DNA of 14,359 bases from a virus: UHGV virus genome UHGV-0236088; one strand, 5' to 3'. The position numbers and the translations under genes are program-made. Shown here one piece after another: positions 6,226 through 13,590 of this stretch (position 1 is the first letter of the stretch; every line of letters begins with the position of its first letter). The notes under the pieces are model-generated. The model saw only the letters and a program-made list of their open reading frames with translations. It was not told the DNA's origin and made no database searches.

Positions 6226-6947
6226 TATTCACCCCGTGTCACTCGTTTAATTTCGTTATCAGCCTGCGCCTCTTCTTTGAACAATTCAGCAATGGCGTCT
6301 TCATAGAAAGCACGGTATTTCTTCCACCACGTTGATCGGCTTACCGGAAATACAAGCTGATTAACCGCACGCCGGACAAGATCTACAGGGAAACGCGAGT
6401 ACCCGCGCCCGCCGCAATGCTGGCACGTTTTGAACACTGGCATTTCCGCTGCTTCACTGGCTGCTTTATCCGGTATCTCGCCGCGCCCTTTGCATCGTTT
6501 ACAATGATTGCGAACTTTTCCATGCCCCTTGCATTTTTTGCAAAGGTGTTTTTCTCCGTAGTCGTCAAACGTAAATTTATATCCGCCGCAATCCATACAA
6601 GTTTTTTCTGTCGCGGCACTCTGGCAGTAATCCCGAAACGCGAAAACGGCAACAAGAATAATAAGATCATTGCGTTTGTCCTCGTCCAGCTCCATGATGT
6701 ATTCGTAATCTTTTGCCATAGCTCTTAAACGCTCTGTAAGCAAAACTACGGCCCTGTGTTTTTCGGCTTGCGATAATTCCATCTTCCCTAAAAAAGCGCT
6801 ATAACCAAGCTCTACGCGCGATTGCGCCATACCTGCTGCGGTTAGTGCATCAGTAGTATTAAGCGAGTCTGGGGACGTGCCCCGGCTTTCATCTGACAAA
6901 CGCGGTGATTTTGGGAGGTGGAATTTAAGAATAGATTCCAAATTCAT
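6225..6947 (-). CDS. Late-gene antitermination protein Q (Phage_antitermQ-type)
   Basis: 240 aa. N-terminus MNLESILKFHLPKSPRLSD..., the segment MAQSRVELGYSAFLGKMELSQAEK, DYCQSAAT, several CxxC pairs, GYSRFP and the C-terminal KEEAQADNEIKRVTR match the Q family of Stx and Qin-type lambdoid phages as I recall it. GGGGG RBS. Confidence 0.7.
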   Translation of the reverse strand: MNLESILKFHLPKSPRLSDESRGTSPDSLNTTDALTAAGMAQSRVELGYSAFLGKMELSQAEKHRAVVLLTERLRAMAKDYEYIMELDEDKRNDLIILVAVFAFRDYCQSAATEKTCMDCGGYKFTFDDYGEKHLCKKCKGHGKVRNHCKRCKGRGEIPDKAASEAAEMPVFKTCQHCGGRGYSRFPVDLVRRAVNQLVFPVSRSTWWKKYRAFYEDAIAELFKEEAQADNEIKRVTRGE

Positions 6948-7129
6948 TATTTACCCCCGTAACGTGCAACCAGTCTTTTGCGATCAGATATTGATTGCAC
7001 TAGCTTTCTTTCAAACTCTTTCAGTGCAAGTAATTCTCGCATGTGAAAAGCCTGAATTTGTCGGACTGTGGCTAAATCACGCTCGTCGCGCTGAATATCT
7101 ATTTGCAGATCTTTAATTTCGTTTTTCAT
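6947..7129 (-). CDS. Small charged, probably coiled-coil protein, 60 aa
   Basis: GGTGGT upstream of ATG at 7129 (MKNEIKDLQIDIQ...). Starts 2 nt after the rusA stop and shares a TAATG overlap with Q. Confidence 0.45.
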   Translation of the reverse strand: MKNEIKDLQIDIQRDERDLATVRQIQAFHMRELLALKEFERKLVQSISDRKRLVARYGGK

Positions 7130-7131
7130 TG

Positions 7132-7533
7132 TTACCACCACATATTAGTCAAGTATTCGTTAATATCCGGTAACAGGTCGCCGCGTTCGCGTACCTTGAT
7201 AAACAACCGCCCTCTTTTTACCTTCCGGCAGCGGACAAATTTCATTGCGTCAACCTGGCTATCATCAGCCCAAAAACCGGAATAAGTTATAGCGTCAAAT
7301 AATGCCTTCCCTACATTGTCAATATCGCGGCGTCTGTTATCTGGCGGTGCAATATACACCGTTATTGATAGCCTACACTTAAGATTAATTTTCAGATTAA
7401 GCAGTTTTATAATGTCTTTTACCTGCTCCCTGTATTCCTTACCTTCCTTGCTTATATAGTGGAAACCGCGCGAATGCCGGTAATATTTATTGTTCGATGG
7501 CGGGTAAGGCAGGCTAAAAGTATATTCATTCAT
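7132..7533 (-). CDS. rusA: RusA-family Holliday junction resolvase
   Basis: 133 aa. MNEYTFSLPYPPSNNKYYRHSRG...SKEGKEYREQV...PPDNRRRDIDNVGKALFDAITYSGFWADDSQV closely parallels E. coli RusA (LPWPPSNNRYYRH...DRRRRDLDN...FWLDDAQV). ATGA overlap with ninG. Confidence 0.8.
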   Translation of the reverse strand: MNEYTFSLPYPPSNNKYYRHSRGFHYISKEGKEYREQVKDIIKLLNLKINLKCRLSITVYIAPPDNRRRDIDNVGKALFDAITYSGFWADDSQVDAMKFVRCRKVKRGRLFIKVRERGDLLPDINEYLTNMWW

Positions 7534-8135
7534 GCTGCCTTTCTCCTTAAGGCGTCCAATTTAGCCTGATAGACTTTTATGATCTCCTTGCATTCTTCGA
7601 TCGCCCATTTATGAGTTTCGTTGTTGTTCTCCAGCGCTTCCACCCTGGCAAGGCCAATTTTCCTAATCAGCGCTGGGCGATATGCTTCTATGTTGCCATC
7701 TAATGTCTGGTTGCAGTGCCTGCATTGTTTGTGGCAATTATCCTCGTTAAAACGAAGGTGCCCGGCGGCGGCAACCGTTCTATAGTGTCCGGCATCTGCT
7801 CCGCATTGTTCGTAACAGTAAGTCCCGCATGATATGCACGGCTGACCCGCGTCACGTTCGCGGATATAGGCATTAAATACCGCTTGTGCCTGCTTCAACC
7901 AATAACTACGCGGATTTAACTGCTTCCGCTTCCGGTTGCGTTCTTCCCGCTGGCTATCACGGCGTTTCTTCCGTTCCATAGCCTTCATAGCCTTCTCACG
8001 GTCGCGGCATAGCTGATCAAACTTCAGCTCTTCCAGACACTCATCACTGCACCACGTTTGATTGTGATATTTAGGCTCAAAAAAAACGCCGCAGCACTTG
8101 CAACGGCGTCTTATTGGTTTTTTAGGTTTCTGCAT
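7530..8135 (-). CDS. ninG: NinG/Rap-like recombination-promoting nuclease
   Basis: Start set at ATG 8135 with AGGGGTGG RBS (MQKPKKPIRRRCKCCGVFFEP...). Motifs RRRCK, WCS.EC, PRSYWLKQAQ, IRERD, PCISCGT, DAGHYRT, LRFNE, HKQC, CNQ, IEECK and YQ.KL follow lambda NinG nearly block for block. The 30-codon N-terminal extension in the ORF track is rejected. Confidence 0.8.
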   Translation of the reverse strand: MQKPKKPIRRRCKCCGVFFEPKYHNQTWCSDECLEELKFDQLCRDREKAMKAMERKKRRDSQREERNRKRKQLNPRSYWLKQAQAVFNAYIRERDAGQPCISCGTYCYEQCGADAGHYRTVAAAGHLRFNEDNCHKQCRHCNQTLDGNIEAYRPALIRKIGLARVEALENNNETHKWAIEECKEIIKVYQAKLDALRRKAA

Positions 8136-8149
8136 AAAAACCACCCCTA

Positions 8150-8326
8150 TTATTTTTGATTCTCTGTTTCGTTCAGCCTTTCGGTGTGTCCGGCCCTTAG
8201 CCAATGATCTAAGCATTCGTTGCACTCGTTACAGCCTCCTTTCTTTGTGCTGCATACATTGCACATTGCACGCATGACGCTTTCTCGTTCATAGTCGTCA
8301 TGCCATTGGTAATTATCAAAAGACAT
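8150..8326 (-). CDS. NinF-like small cysteine-rich protein, 58 aa
   Basis: AAAGGGAGGGAG RBS before ATG at 8326. MSFDNYQWHDDYERESVMRAMCNVCSTKKGGCNECNECLDHWL resembles lambda NinF as recalled (YQKESVERAL.C..C...C..C), and it sits immediately before ninG. Confidence 0.45.
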   Translation of the reverse strand: MSFDNYQWHDDYERESVMRAMCNVCSTKKGGCNECNECLDHWLRAGHTERLNETENQK

Positions 8327-8402
8327 AATGCTCCCTCCCTTTAAGGTGATTTCTACGCATTTCAGCGCTGCCGGATTTTTAAAGAGCATTTCGTTTGCTT
8401 GA

Positions 8403-8483
8403 AGTATACAAAATGGATACGCCAGAACAAGGTGAATGGCGCCATTATGTGATCCACATCACGCAATGGCGCCATTTTGTAAA
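8403..8483 (-). promoter_or_regulatory. Promoter/operator-like element, copy 2 (upstream of the NinF-NinG-RusA-Q block)
   Basis: Minus strand TTGTTC (8430-8425), 16 nt spacer, TATACT (8408-8403). Two perfect 12 bp palindromes AATGGCGCCATT at 8435-8446 and 8465-8476, centres 30 bp apart. 9-mers ACAAAATGG and CCATTTTGT at each edge. Confidence 0.4.
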
Positions 8484-8485
8484 TT

Positions 8486-9250
8486 TCAGTCCGGTAAAAC
8501 GCGGTTAAGCGTAGTACGATTGATGGCCCGGTCGTTAGCCAGGAATACAGCACGGGCAAAGCCGCGCGGCGTTAGTGAGCGGATCATCTTAGTGCGTTTC
8601 GACTTTCCTCCTAACTTCGCGTGCTGTTTGCTGTCTTCCCATTCATCCGGCATAGGTACAGGCCGGAATAGCGGCTGCTTAAATCCATTCCCGCACCAGA
8701 TACAAGTTTTCTTCGTGTATGCGTCGCGGTCGGCGATGTATTCCGGGAAAGCAGGATGTTTGTCGTCTTCCGGCAGGTAGCCACCGTAAGCGCACGGATT
8801 GAAGATAAAATCCGGCTTACGCCATAACGTTGACAGTGCGCCCACCGGATTTTCCACCATCCACGGGACGTGATACATGTCAGCCAGCGTTTCTACCAGT
8901 TTTGCGTTATATGCCGCCTTCACCTGGAAGTCAGGATCTTTTTCACGCTTGCTGGCAAACCAACGAGCGCCGGACACGGCTAGATGGTCGCATGGCGGGA
9001 AGGCCAGAATAATGTCAGGATCTGGATAAACAGACAAATCAGGGGAGAACATCACCAGGAAATGGCTGTCAATCCATACGTTAACGTATTCAATATTCGG
9101 ATGAATGATTTTTACGCCTTCATAGTCGCCGTGGTTAGCGCCGTCATAGTTGAAGCAATAACACTTATAGCCAGCGTCAGCCCAATCTTTAACGGCGTAC
9201 CCGCTGCCGTCGTACAACGACCACACCACCCAATTTTTAAGCCCGCTCAT
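8486..9250 (-). CDS. C5-cytosine DNA methyltransferase-like protein (short, atypical motifs)
   Basis: 254 aa. Motif I-like SLYDGSGYAV, followed by AGYKCYCFNYD; motif IV-like AFPPCDHLAVSG (PPC where PCQ is usual); motif VI-like MVENPVGALS (ENP where ENV is usual). GAGGG RBS. ATGA overlap with the upstream gene. Confidence 0.5.
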   Translation of the reverse strand: MSGLKNWVVWSLYDGSGYAVKDWADAGYKCYCFNYDGANHGDYEGVKIIHPNIEYVNVWIDSHFLVMFSPDLSVYPDPDIILAFPPCDHLAVSGARWFASKREKDPDFQVKAAYNAKLVETLADMYHVPWMVENPVGALSTLWRKPDFIFNPCAYGGYLPEDDKHPAFPEYIADRDAYTKKTCIWCGNGFKQPLFRPVPMPDEWEDSKQHAKLGGKSKRTKMIRSLTPRGFARAVFLANDRAINRTTLNRVLPD

Positions 9251-9750
9251 TTTCTGCCCTCAAACGTAAAATAGCGGCGCATGATGATAGTGATCACCGT
9301 TACCGCTGCCATTTTTGAGATGAATTGAATAGCTGATATTTCCGGCATAAATGCCATAAACGATAGCGTGGGAAAAATTAACGCATCGCCGATAGCTGAA
9401 GCTATATTTGCAGGCCAGCGTTTCGAATCGAAATCACCAGGTAAAACACGGTAAACGCCGCCAGAAATAAGCGCACCGGAAACAACCGCAACGAATGACG
9501 CGATCGCCACCATTCCTGCATCATAGTTTATCAGCACCGTAATTGCGCCAGCGGCGGCGCATGTTGTAGCCGACCATTTCAGGCCGCCGTCATATAACAA
9601 GAAGTCACGGATCATCATATTGACACACACTGCGGCTACCGTGGTGATCGGAATTACCCACGGGCCACAGTGGTTAACAATAAGATTGATGATCACGAAA
9701 ACGGCGACATAAACGCAGGCTAATAACCTGTCAATTGTCACCCTTTTCAT
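9247..9750 (-). CDS. Multi-pass inner-membrane protein, about 167 aa; family uncertain
   Basis: Start set at ATG 9750 (MKRVTIDRLLACVYVAVFVIINLIV...). Four to five hydrophobic segments. The ORF-track start at 9792 is a TTG with no RBS. Confidence 0.45.
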   Translation of the reverse strand: MKRVTIDRLLACVYVAVFVIINLIVNHCGPWVIPITTVAAVCVNMMIRDFLLYDGGLKWSATTCAAAGAITVLINYDAGMVAIASFVAVVSGALISGGVYRVLPGDFDSKRWPANIASAIGDALIFPTLSFMAFMPEISAIQFISKMAAVTVITIIMRRYFTFEGRK

Positions 9751-10030
9751 TTGGATCGTACCTCTTATCACGAATAGCTTCAGCTCTATCAAACTTCAAA
9801 TCAAGTCGAGTTGAAATGCAACCACATTGAGGGTTAAGCATAGAAGGCGGCAATCCCTTACAACTGGTTATAGCTTCATCTTTTATTAATCCACCATTCA
9901 GCGGCATATCAAAAACAGCCTGTTTCTTTCTTTGTTCTTCCTCACGTTCCGTTAATATTTGCTCAGCTTTTAGCGCGTTATAGCTAATTAAATCAATTAG
10001 TGTGTCTGTCGGATCGCTGTTATTGCTCAA
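9731..10030 (-). CDS. Hypothetical protein, 99 aa; TTG start or downstream part of a TGA-interrupted gene
   Basis: In the same reading frame as the 10073-10231 ORF, separated only by a TGA at 10075-10073 and 14 sense codons. GAGG lies 5 nt before the TTG at 10030. Confidence 0.35.
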   Translation of the reverse strand: MSNNSDPTDTLIDLISYNALKAEQILTEREEEQRKKQAVFDMPLNGGLIKDEAITSCKGLPPSMLNPQCGCISTRLDLKFDRAEAIRDKRYDPNEKGDN

Positions 10031-10072
10031 AATAGCCTCTAAACGCGCCTCCTTGAGACAAATTAGCAGATC

Positions 10073-10231
10073 TCATACATCAAGCGTGGTTAAATCTGCC
10101 CCCTTCTTAGCGTTGTAAATAGTGGCTATTTTTGGCGCTGATTTTTCCTCTTTTTTGTCGTAGCCGTTTTGCTTACCTCTTTGCTCTATGGTTTCTGATG
10201 CAAGTCTTAATAAATCTGCTGCCTTAGTCAT
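10073..10231 (-). CDS. Small protein, 52 aa; possibly the N-terminal part of a TGA-interrupted gene
   Basis: ATG at 10231 overlaps the stop of the methyltransferase gene. Translation MTKAADLLRLASETIEQRGKQNGYDKKEEKSAPKIATIYNAKKGADLTTLDV then TGA. Confidence 0.35.
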   Translation of the reverse strand: MTKAADLLRLASETIEQRGKQNGYDKKEEKSAPKIATIYNAKKGADLTTLDV

Positions 10232-10763
10232 TATTTGCGCCTCTCGCGTATAGCTCTTTACGTGTTATCTGCGTGAAAATACATTCATGTCTGCACCGTG
10301 GATGCCAGATCAAGAACAAGCTCCCTTTATTGTTTCCGCTTGCTGGTTTCCCTGTCGCGGCATTTATAAAAGCCAGCCGCCCGCGCGTAATTAATCGGCA
10401 TTCGTTTGCCGTCTCCACGCCGTTCATAAACCAGTTAACAGAAATGTCAGCGGGCAATAACATTACACAGCCAATGTGATTTCGTTGATGTTCAAGCGCC
10501 GCCTTATCAACGAATGGCCCCGGATTAGAATATGGCGGATTCATCCAGACATACTCACCAGGCATCGCCACCGCTCCCCACGGATAATGGAGCGTGTCCA
10601 TTTCTTCGGTTATATATCGCGGTATTAATGCGTTTGCCTTGTTTGCCGCCACATCCGCGACGAATTCGAATTCCAGATCCATTCCTCTAAAAACAGGTTT
10701 CGGCGTCTGCCATAGGTCTTTTATTTCTTTCGGCGTGTTGCTGCCGCCGTAATCATTTTTCAT
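10224..10763 (-). CDS. Phage Dam-family DNA N6-adenine methyltransferase
   Basis: 179 aa. WQTPKPVF near the N-terminus and the catalytic NPPY (VWMNPPYSNPGPFV) are the signature of the small phage Dam family (T1-type). AAGGGGG RBS. Confidence 0.8.
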   Translation of the reverse strand: MKNDYGGSNTPKEIKDLWQTPKPVFRGMDLEFEFVADVAANKANALIPRYITEEMDTLHYPWGAVAMPGEYVWMNPPYSNPGPFVDKAALEHQRNHIGCVMLLPADISVNWFMNGVETANECRLITRGRLAFINAATGKPASGNNKGSLFLIWHPRCRHECIFTQITRKELYARGANND

Positions 10764-10772
10764 TACGCCCCC

Positions 10773-11024
10773 TTAGAAATAATCCTGATCAGTTCCCCAT
10801 CGGTTGTTTAAATACCCCACCAGCCAGACAAAACGCTCGATACTGATTAGCGGGGCGACCTTGCGATAATGCTTGTCTAATATCAGCCGCGTGGCTTTAT
10901 CGCTGTAGCCGTTCTTTTCCACCTCCGCTTTGCAGGCCGAAAGCGCCGCGCGGGCGGCAGTTTTTACGGCGTTAAATTGCGGCTCTGACATATTGAATAA
11001 AGCCATAGGATCACCATGTATCAT
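10773..11024 (-). CDS. Hypothetical protein, 83 aa
   Basis: ORF track entry. Weak RBS; the start could be the internal ATG giving MALFNM.... Confidence 0.4.
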   Translation of the reverse strand: MIHGDPMALFNMSEPQFNAVKTAARAALSACKAEVEKNGYSDKATRLILDKHYRKVAPLISIERFVWLVGYLNNRWGTDQDYF

Positions 11025-11247
11025 CCCAATCCGGCGCGGCAGTCAAGCAAAAACCAATGAATGCGCTCACAGCCAATAAAGCGCGGGCTGCAAAAAGAAT
11101 ATTCCCAATGTTGTTAAATTCAGGCAGCGACCACGTAATAAACATACCCCCCAGCATAATAACACCGATAACAGTCAGGGCCGCCAGGAAAACAAAAAGC
11201 GTAGCCAAAAGCCACGCCCCCAACCAGTTAAAAAAGCTCTTAAGCAT
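11011..11247 (-). CDS. Small membrane protein, about 78 aa, two or three predicted transmembrane helices
   Basis: Start set at ATG 11247 with GAGGACG RBS (MLKSFFNWLGAWLLATLFVFLAALTVIGVIMLGGMF...). The ORF-track start at 11262 is a TTG. Confidence 0.45.
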   Translation of the reverse strand: MLKSFFNWLGAWLLATLFVFLAALTVIGVIMLGGMFITWSLPEFNNIGNILFAARALLAVSAFIGFCLTAAPDWDDTW

Positions 11248-11248
11248 T

Positions 11249-11452
11249 TTAAACGTCCTCAATTACCCCGCCTTTCACGCGCTCTTTAATATCCCATACG
11301 TGAGGCTTGCATATTTCTTGATAGTAGTGATCCGGCCTGCTGCCGAAATACCATTTGCCATCCATATAAAAATAAACGCCAGAAAAATTTCCTGGCGCTG
11401 CCTTTGTTGCTGCTTCTGGAATTTTCCATTCCATGTAATGTTTAAATATCAT
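11249..11452 (-). CDS. Hypothetical protein, 67 aa
   Basis: ORF track entry. The RBS is distant, so the start is uncertain. Confidence 0.4.
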   Translation of the reverse strand: MIFKHYMEWKIPEAATKAAPGNFSGVYFYMDGKWYFGSRPDHYYQEICKPHVWDIKERVKGGVIEDV

Positions 11453-11636
11453 GAGTTTTTAAATAACCCCTTCTGAATGCTTTGATGTAAAGTCCTAGCC
11501 TTCTTATATGCTGAACGCCATCAATGATGCGCACTAAATAAATTGCACCATTTGTGTCAGATACAAAATGACAGCCAAAACCAATACCAACCAACTTCAG
11601 GTTGTCAGGTATTCTATAATCAGTTTTCTGTTCCAT
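11442..11636 (-). CDS. Hypothetical protein, 64 aa
   Basis: GAGGTGAGG upstream of ATG at 11636. Confidence 0.5.
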   Translation of the reverse strand: MEQKTDYRIPDNLKLVGIGFGCHFVSDTNGAIYLVRIIDGVQHIRRLGLYIKAFRRGYLKTHDI

Positions 11637-11644
11637 GCCTCACC

Positions 11645-11732
11645 TCATATGGTATTCAATAAGCCACCTGATAAACAGACATAAGGCAATAAAACCCCAG
11701 CAACAGCACATATAAAACAATGTGTCGTCCAT
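11645..11732 (-). CDS. Candidate hydrophobic micro-protein, 29 aa (below the ORF-track cutoff)
   Basis: ATG at 11732 with GAGG 7 nt upstream. Translation MDDTLFYMCCCWGFIALCLFIRWLIEYHMR. Its stop overlaps the RBS of the next gene. Confidence 0.3.
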
Positions 11733-11734
11733 AA

Positions 11735-11953
11735 TTAAGCCTCAATAACACCGTAATCAAACGTGCCTAAATACCGTTCGATACTTACAACCTCAATACC
11801 ATCAATACACCGTTTCCACACAGACACCTGGCTTTCATTTTCTCTGAAGTGCATATTAGAAAGCACTTCATCGGCTGGATAGTCTTTCCCGGCGACGTAG
11901 GCATCGTGACCTACGCCACCTTCTACGCAATAAAGCATCAATTCGCGTTCCAT
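11735..11953 (-). CDS. Hypothetical protein, 72 aa (start moved to internal ATG)
   Basis: GGAGGAAG 6 nt upstream of ATG at 11953 (MERELMLYCVEGG...). Region 11954-12052 is then intergenic and carries the repeated 13-mer. Confidence 0.45.
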   Translation of the reverse strand: MERELMLYCVEGGVGHDAYVAGKDYPADEVLSNMHFRENESQVSVWKRCIDGIEVVSIERYLGTFDYGVIEA

Positions 11954-12052
11954 TTTTGCTTCCTCCGCACCGTAAACCTTTTGATTTCGGCTTACAAAAT
12001 GGATATGCAATTACAATACAAAATGTATATTTATGTGATCGGAATTACTCGG

Positions 12053-12673
12053 TTAATGCAGTACACGTTTTCCCTGTTCAGGCGTCGGCTGTGCGTTTTT
12101 CCGTGCGTCATTAAGCACAGCGATAGCCGCCTGTACGCCGAAATCATTTGCACGCATATCATTGCCAACCATTTCACCGTAAAACAATGGCATGAGCGAT
12201 TTTACTTCTTCCTCTTTGTGGCCTTCCTCAATGTATTTCTGCAACATCTTAACCTCAAAGATATTTTTCATCAGGCCGCGCATAGAATGCAGTGAAACAC
12301 TACAAAGCTGATCCTTGTTCAACGGGAAAATAACAGCACTTCCGAACGCGAGCGGATCAACCTCTTCCGGCACTGGTACGCGTCCGAATTCTTCCTCCAT
12401 GCGCTTCACAAAAGTAAGAGAGAATACATAACGCGCTACCGATGTTTTTTCTTCCATACTTAAAGACACGTAATCGCGGATTGACGCCCCCATCACAATA
12501 TCAACAACCTGTAGCGCCAGATTCAAATCAGCGTCATACGCGCCAGCTTCCATATCTTTCAATACTTCGTGATAATCTTTAATTTCCACTTCGTGAAAGT
12601 TTGCATCATCTGTATAGCGAGTGATCAACATACCTTCATTACCGAGAGAGTAAGCTGTTTTGATGTCGTTCAT
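12053..12673 (-). CDS. Hypothetical acidic protein, 206 aa
   Basis: Longest unassigned ORF. AAGGA RBS before ATG at 12673. No family recognised by eye. Confidence 0.55.
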   Translation of the reverse strand: MNDIKTAYSLGNEGMLITRYTDDANFHEVEIKDYHEVLKDMEAGAYDADLNLALQVVDIVMGASIRDYVSLSMEEKTSVARYVFSLTFVKRMEEEFGRVPVPEEVDPLAFGSAVIFPLNKDQLCSVSLHSMRGLMKNIFEVKMLQKYIEEGHKEEEVKSLMPLFYGEMVGNDMRANDFGVQAAIAVLNDARKNAQPTPEQGKRVLH

Positions 12674-12686
12674 GATATTTATCCTT

Positions 12687-13019
12687 TTATAGTGGGTGAT
12701 GCCATTTCATTTCTGTTTCTGAATTAAGCGGGTTTCCTTCGCTTGAAAGGAATAAATCACGCTCCCGTTTCAGTTCTTCCGGGCTTATTTCTATTTCATC
12801 AATCTGACCGAACGATCCCGGCATCATTCGTTTTAAATCAGATAGCGGACGCATAAGGCCGCAGCCGCGTAACAGCATATCGACCGCGAATTGTCTACGT
12901 CCGGCGGCGTCATTAAAGCGCCGTGCCCAGGGCACAACCACGATCCTGCGTTCGAATTCGATAAATAGTGATAGCTTGTTTGTTTCGCTATCATATGCTA
13001 TATGGAATTTAATTTTCAT
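12687..13019 (-). CDS. Hypothetical protein, 110 aa
   Basis: GAGGTG upstream of ATG at 13019. Confidence 0.5.
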   Translation of the reverse strand: MKIKFHIAYDSETNKLSLFIEFERRIVVVPWARRFNDAAGRRQFAVDMLLRGCGLMRPLSDLKRMMPGSFGQIDEIEISPEELKRERDLFLSSEGNPLNSETEMKWHHPL

Positions 13020-13200
13020 TTAACACCTCGACGTATTGCTCAAGATGCCATGTACCAACTTCATCCATGTTTTCGTCGTATATAATGACCTCTCCGCCTT
13101 GCCTGAATCTGAAAGCAGTAGCTGTAAATTCACGGCCCCACCACGCCTTTAATCGCTCCCCACCTTTCATGTGTTTAACCTTTACTTCTTTTATGGCCAT
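13009..13200 (-). CDS. Hypothetical protein, 63 aa
   Basis: ORF track entry. Weak RBS; an alternative ATG lies at 13170. Confidence 0.4.
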   Translation of the reverse strand: MAIKEVKVKHMKGGERLKAWWGREFTATAFRFRQGGEVIIYDENMDEVGTWHLEQYVEVLNEN

Positions 13201-13463
13201 ACGCCGAACATCCCATTCAGTCCGGCGAACAATTTCCGCCAGTGGTTTTCAACATAAGCCCGGAACGGCTTAACGCGAACATTGCGGGCCTTCAGTTCAA
13301 TCTTGTCGAAGAAACGCGGCTCTATAATTGTTCCGTCCAGATATTTAACCAGGATCGGGCGCTCAAGATCGTTATATGTCTTGTTCAGCACAACCAGACC
13401 AGGGTCACTACGATATTCAGACAAAACAACAAGATCGCCCTCTTTTACATTCCAAGTAACCAT
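13191..13463 (-). CDS. Hypothetical protein, 90 aa
   Basis: AAGGTGG upstream of ATG at 13463; single-nucleotide overlap with the stop of the preceding micro-ORF. Confidence 0.5.
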   Translation of the reverse strand: MVTWNVKEGDLVVLSEYRSDPGLVVLNKTYNDLERPILVKYLDGTIIEPRFFDKIELKARNVRVKPFRAYVENHWRKLFAGLNGMFGVWP

Positions 13464-13582
13464 CACATCACCACCTTACCAATAAAAGCCAATACCGCAG
13501 CAAGTGCTCCGCAAAATACAATCGTAAACAGGAAACAAATAACGCAAAACGCGACCGTCACAATATCCTTACCGACTTTCAT
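13463..13582 (-). CDS. Candidate single-pass hydrophobic peptide, 39 aa (below the ORF-track cutoff)
   Basis: GAGG 7 nt upstream of ATG at 13582. Translation MKVGKDIVTVAFCVICFLFTIVFCGALAAVLAFIGKVVM. Stop overlaps the next start. Confidence 0.4.
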   Translation of the reverse strand: MKVGKDIVTVAFCVICFLFTIVFCGALAAVLAFIGKVVM

Positions 13583-13590
13583 GATTGGCC

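Noticed and set aside
6383-6670. 95 aa minus-strand ORF nested in the Q gene
   Set aside because: It is an alternative frame inside a confidently assigned Q coding sequence, with no independent start signal.
7530-8225. Long 231 aa form of the NinG ORF starting at 8225
   Set aside because: The extra 30 N-terminal codons overlap the NinF-like gene and lack an RBS. ATG 8135 has AGGGGTGG upstream and gives a protein that starts where lambda NinG starts.
9247-9750. Assigning the membrane protein to the YhhQ/Vut queuosine-precursor transporter family
   Set aside because: Only a loose resemblance in one segment (KRW...GDALIF), recalled from memory. No partner such as a DpdA-like transglycosylase is present in the window. 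Left as family uncertain pending a profile search.
10073-10075. The in-frame TGA read as a selenocysteine codon
   Set aside because: No SECIS-like stem-loop is evident immediately downstream, and selenoproteins are not expected in this context. Nonsense mutation or read-through are simpler explanations.
11849-12295. Largest plus-strand ORF (148 aa); the same applies to the other plus-strand track ORFs such as 4984-5373, 4270-4608, 5112-5453 and 13242-13601
   Set aside because: Each overlaps minus-strand genes that have strong ribosome-binding sites and stop/start coupling. This one also spans an intergenic gap, has low-complexity translation and no RBS. They look like shadow ORFs on the antisense strand.
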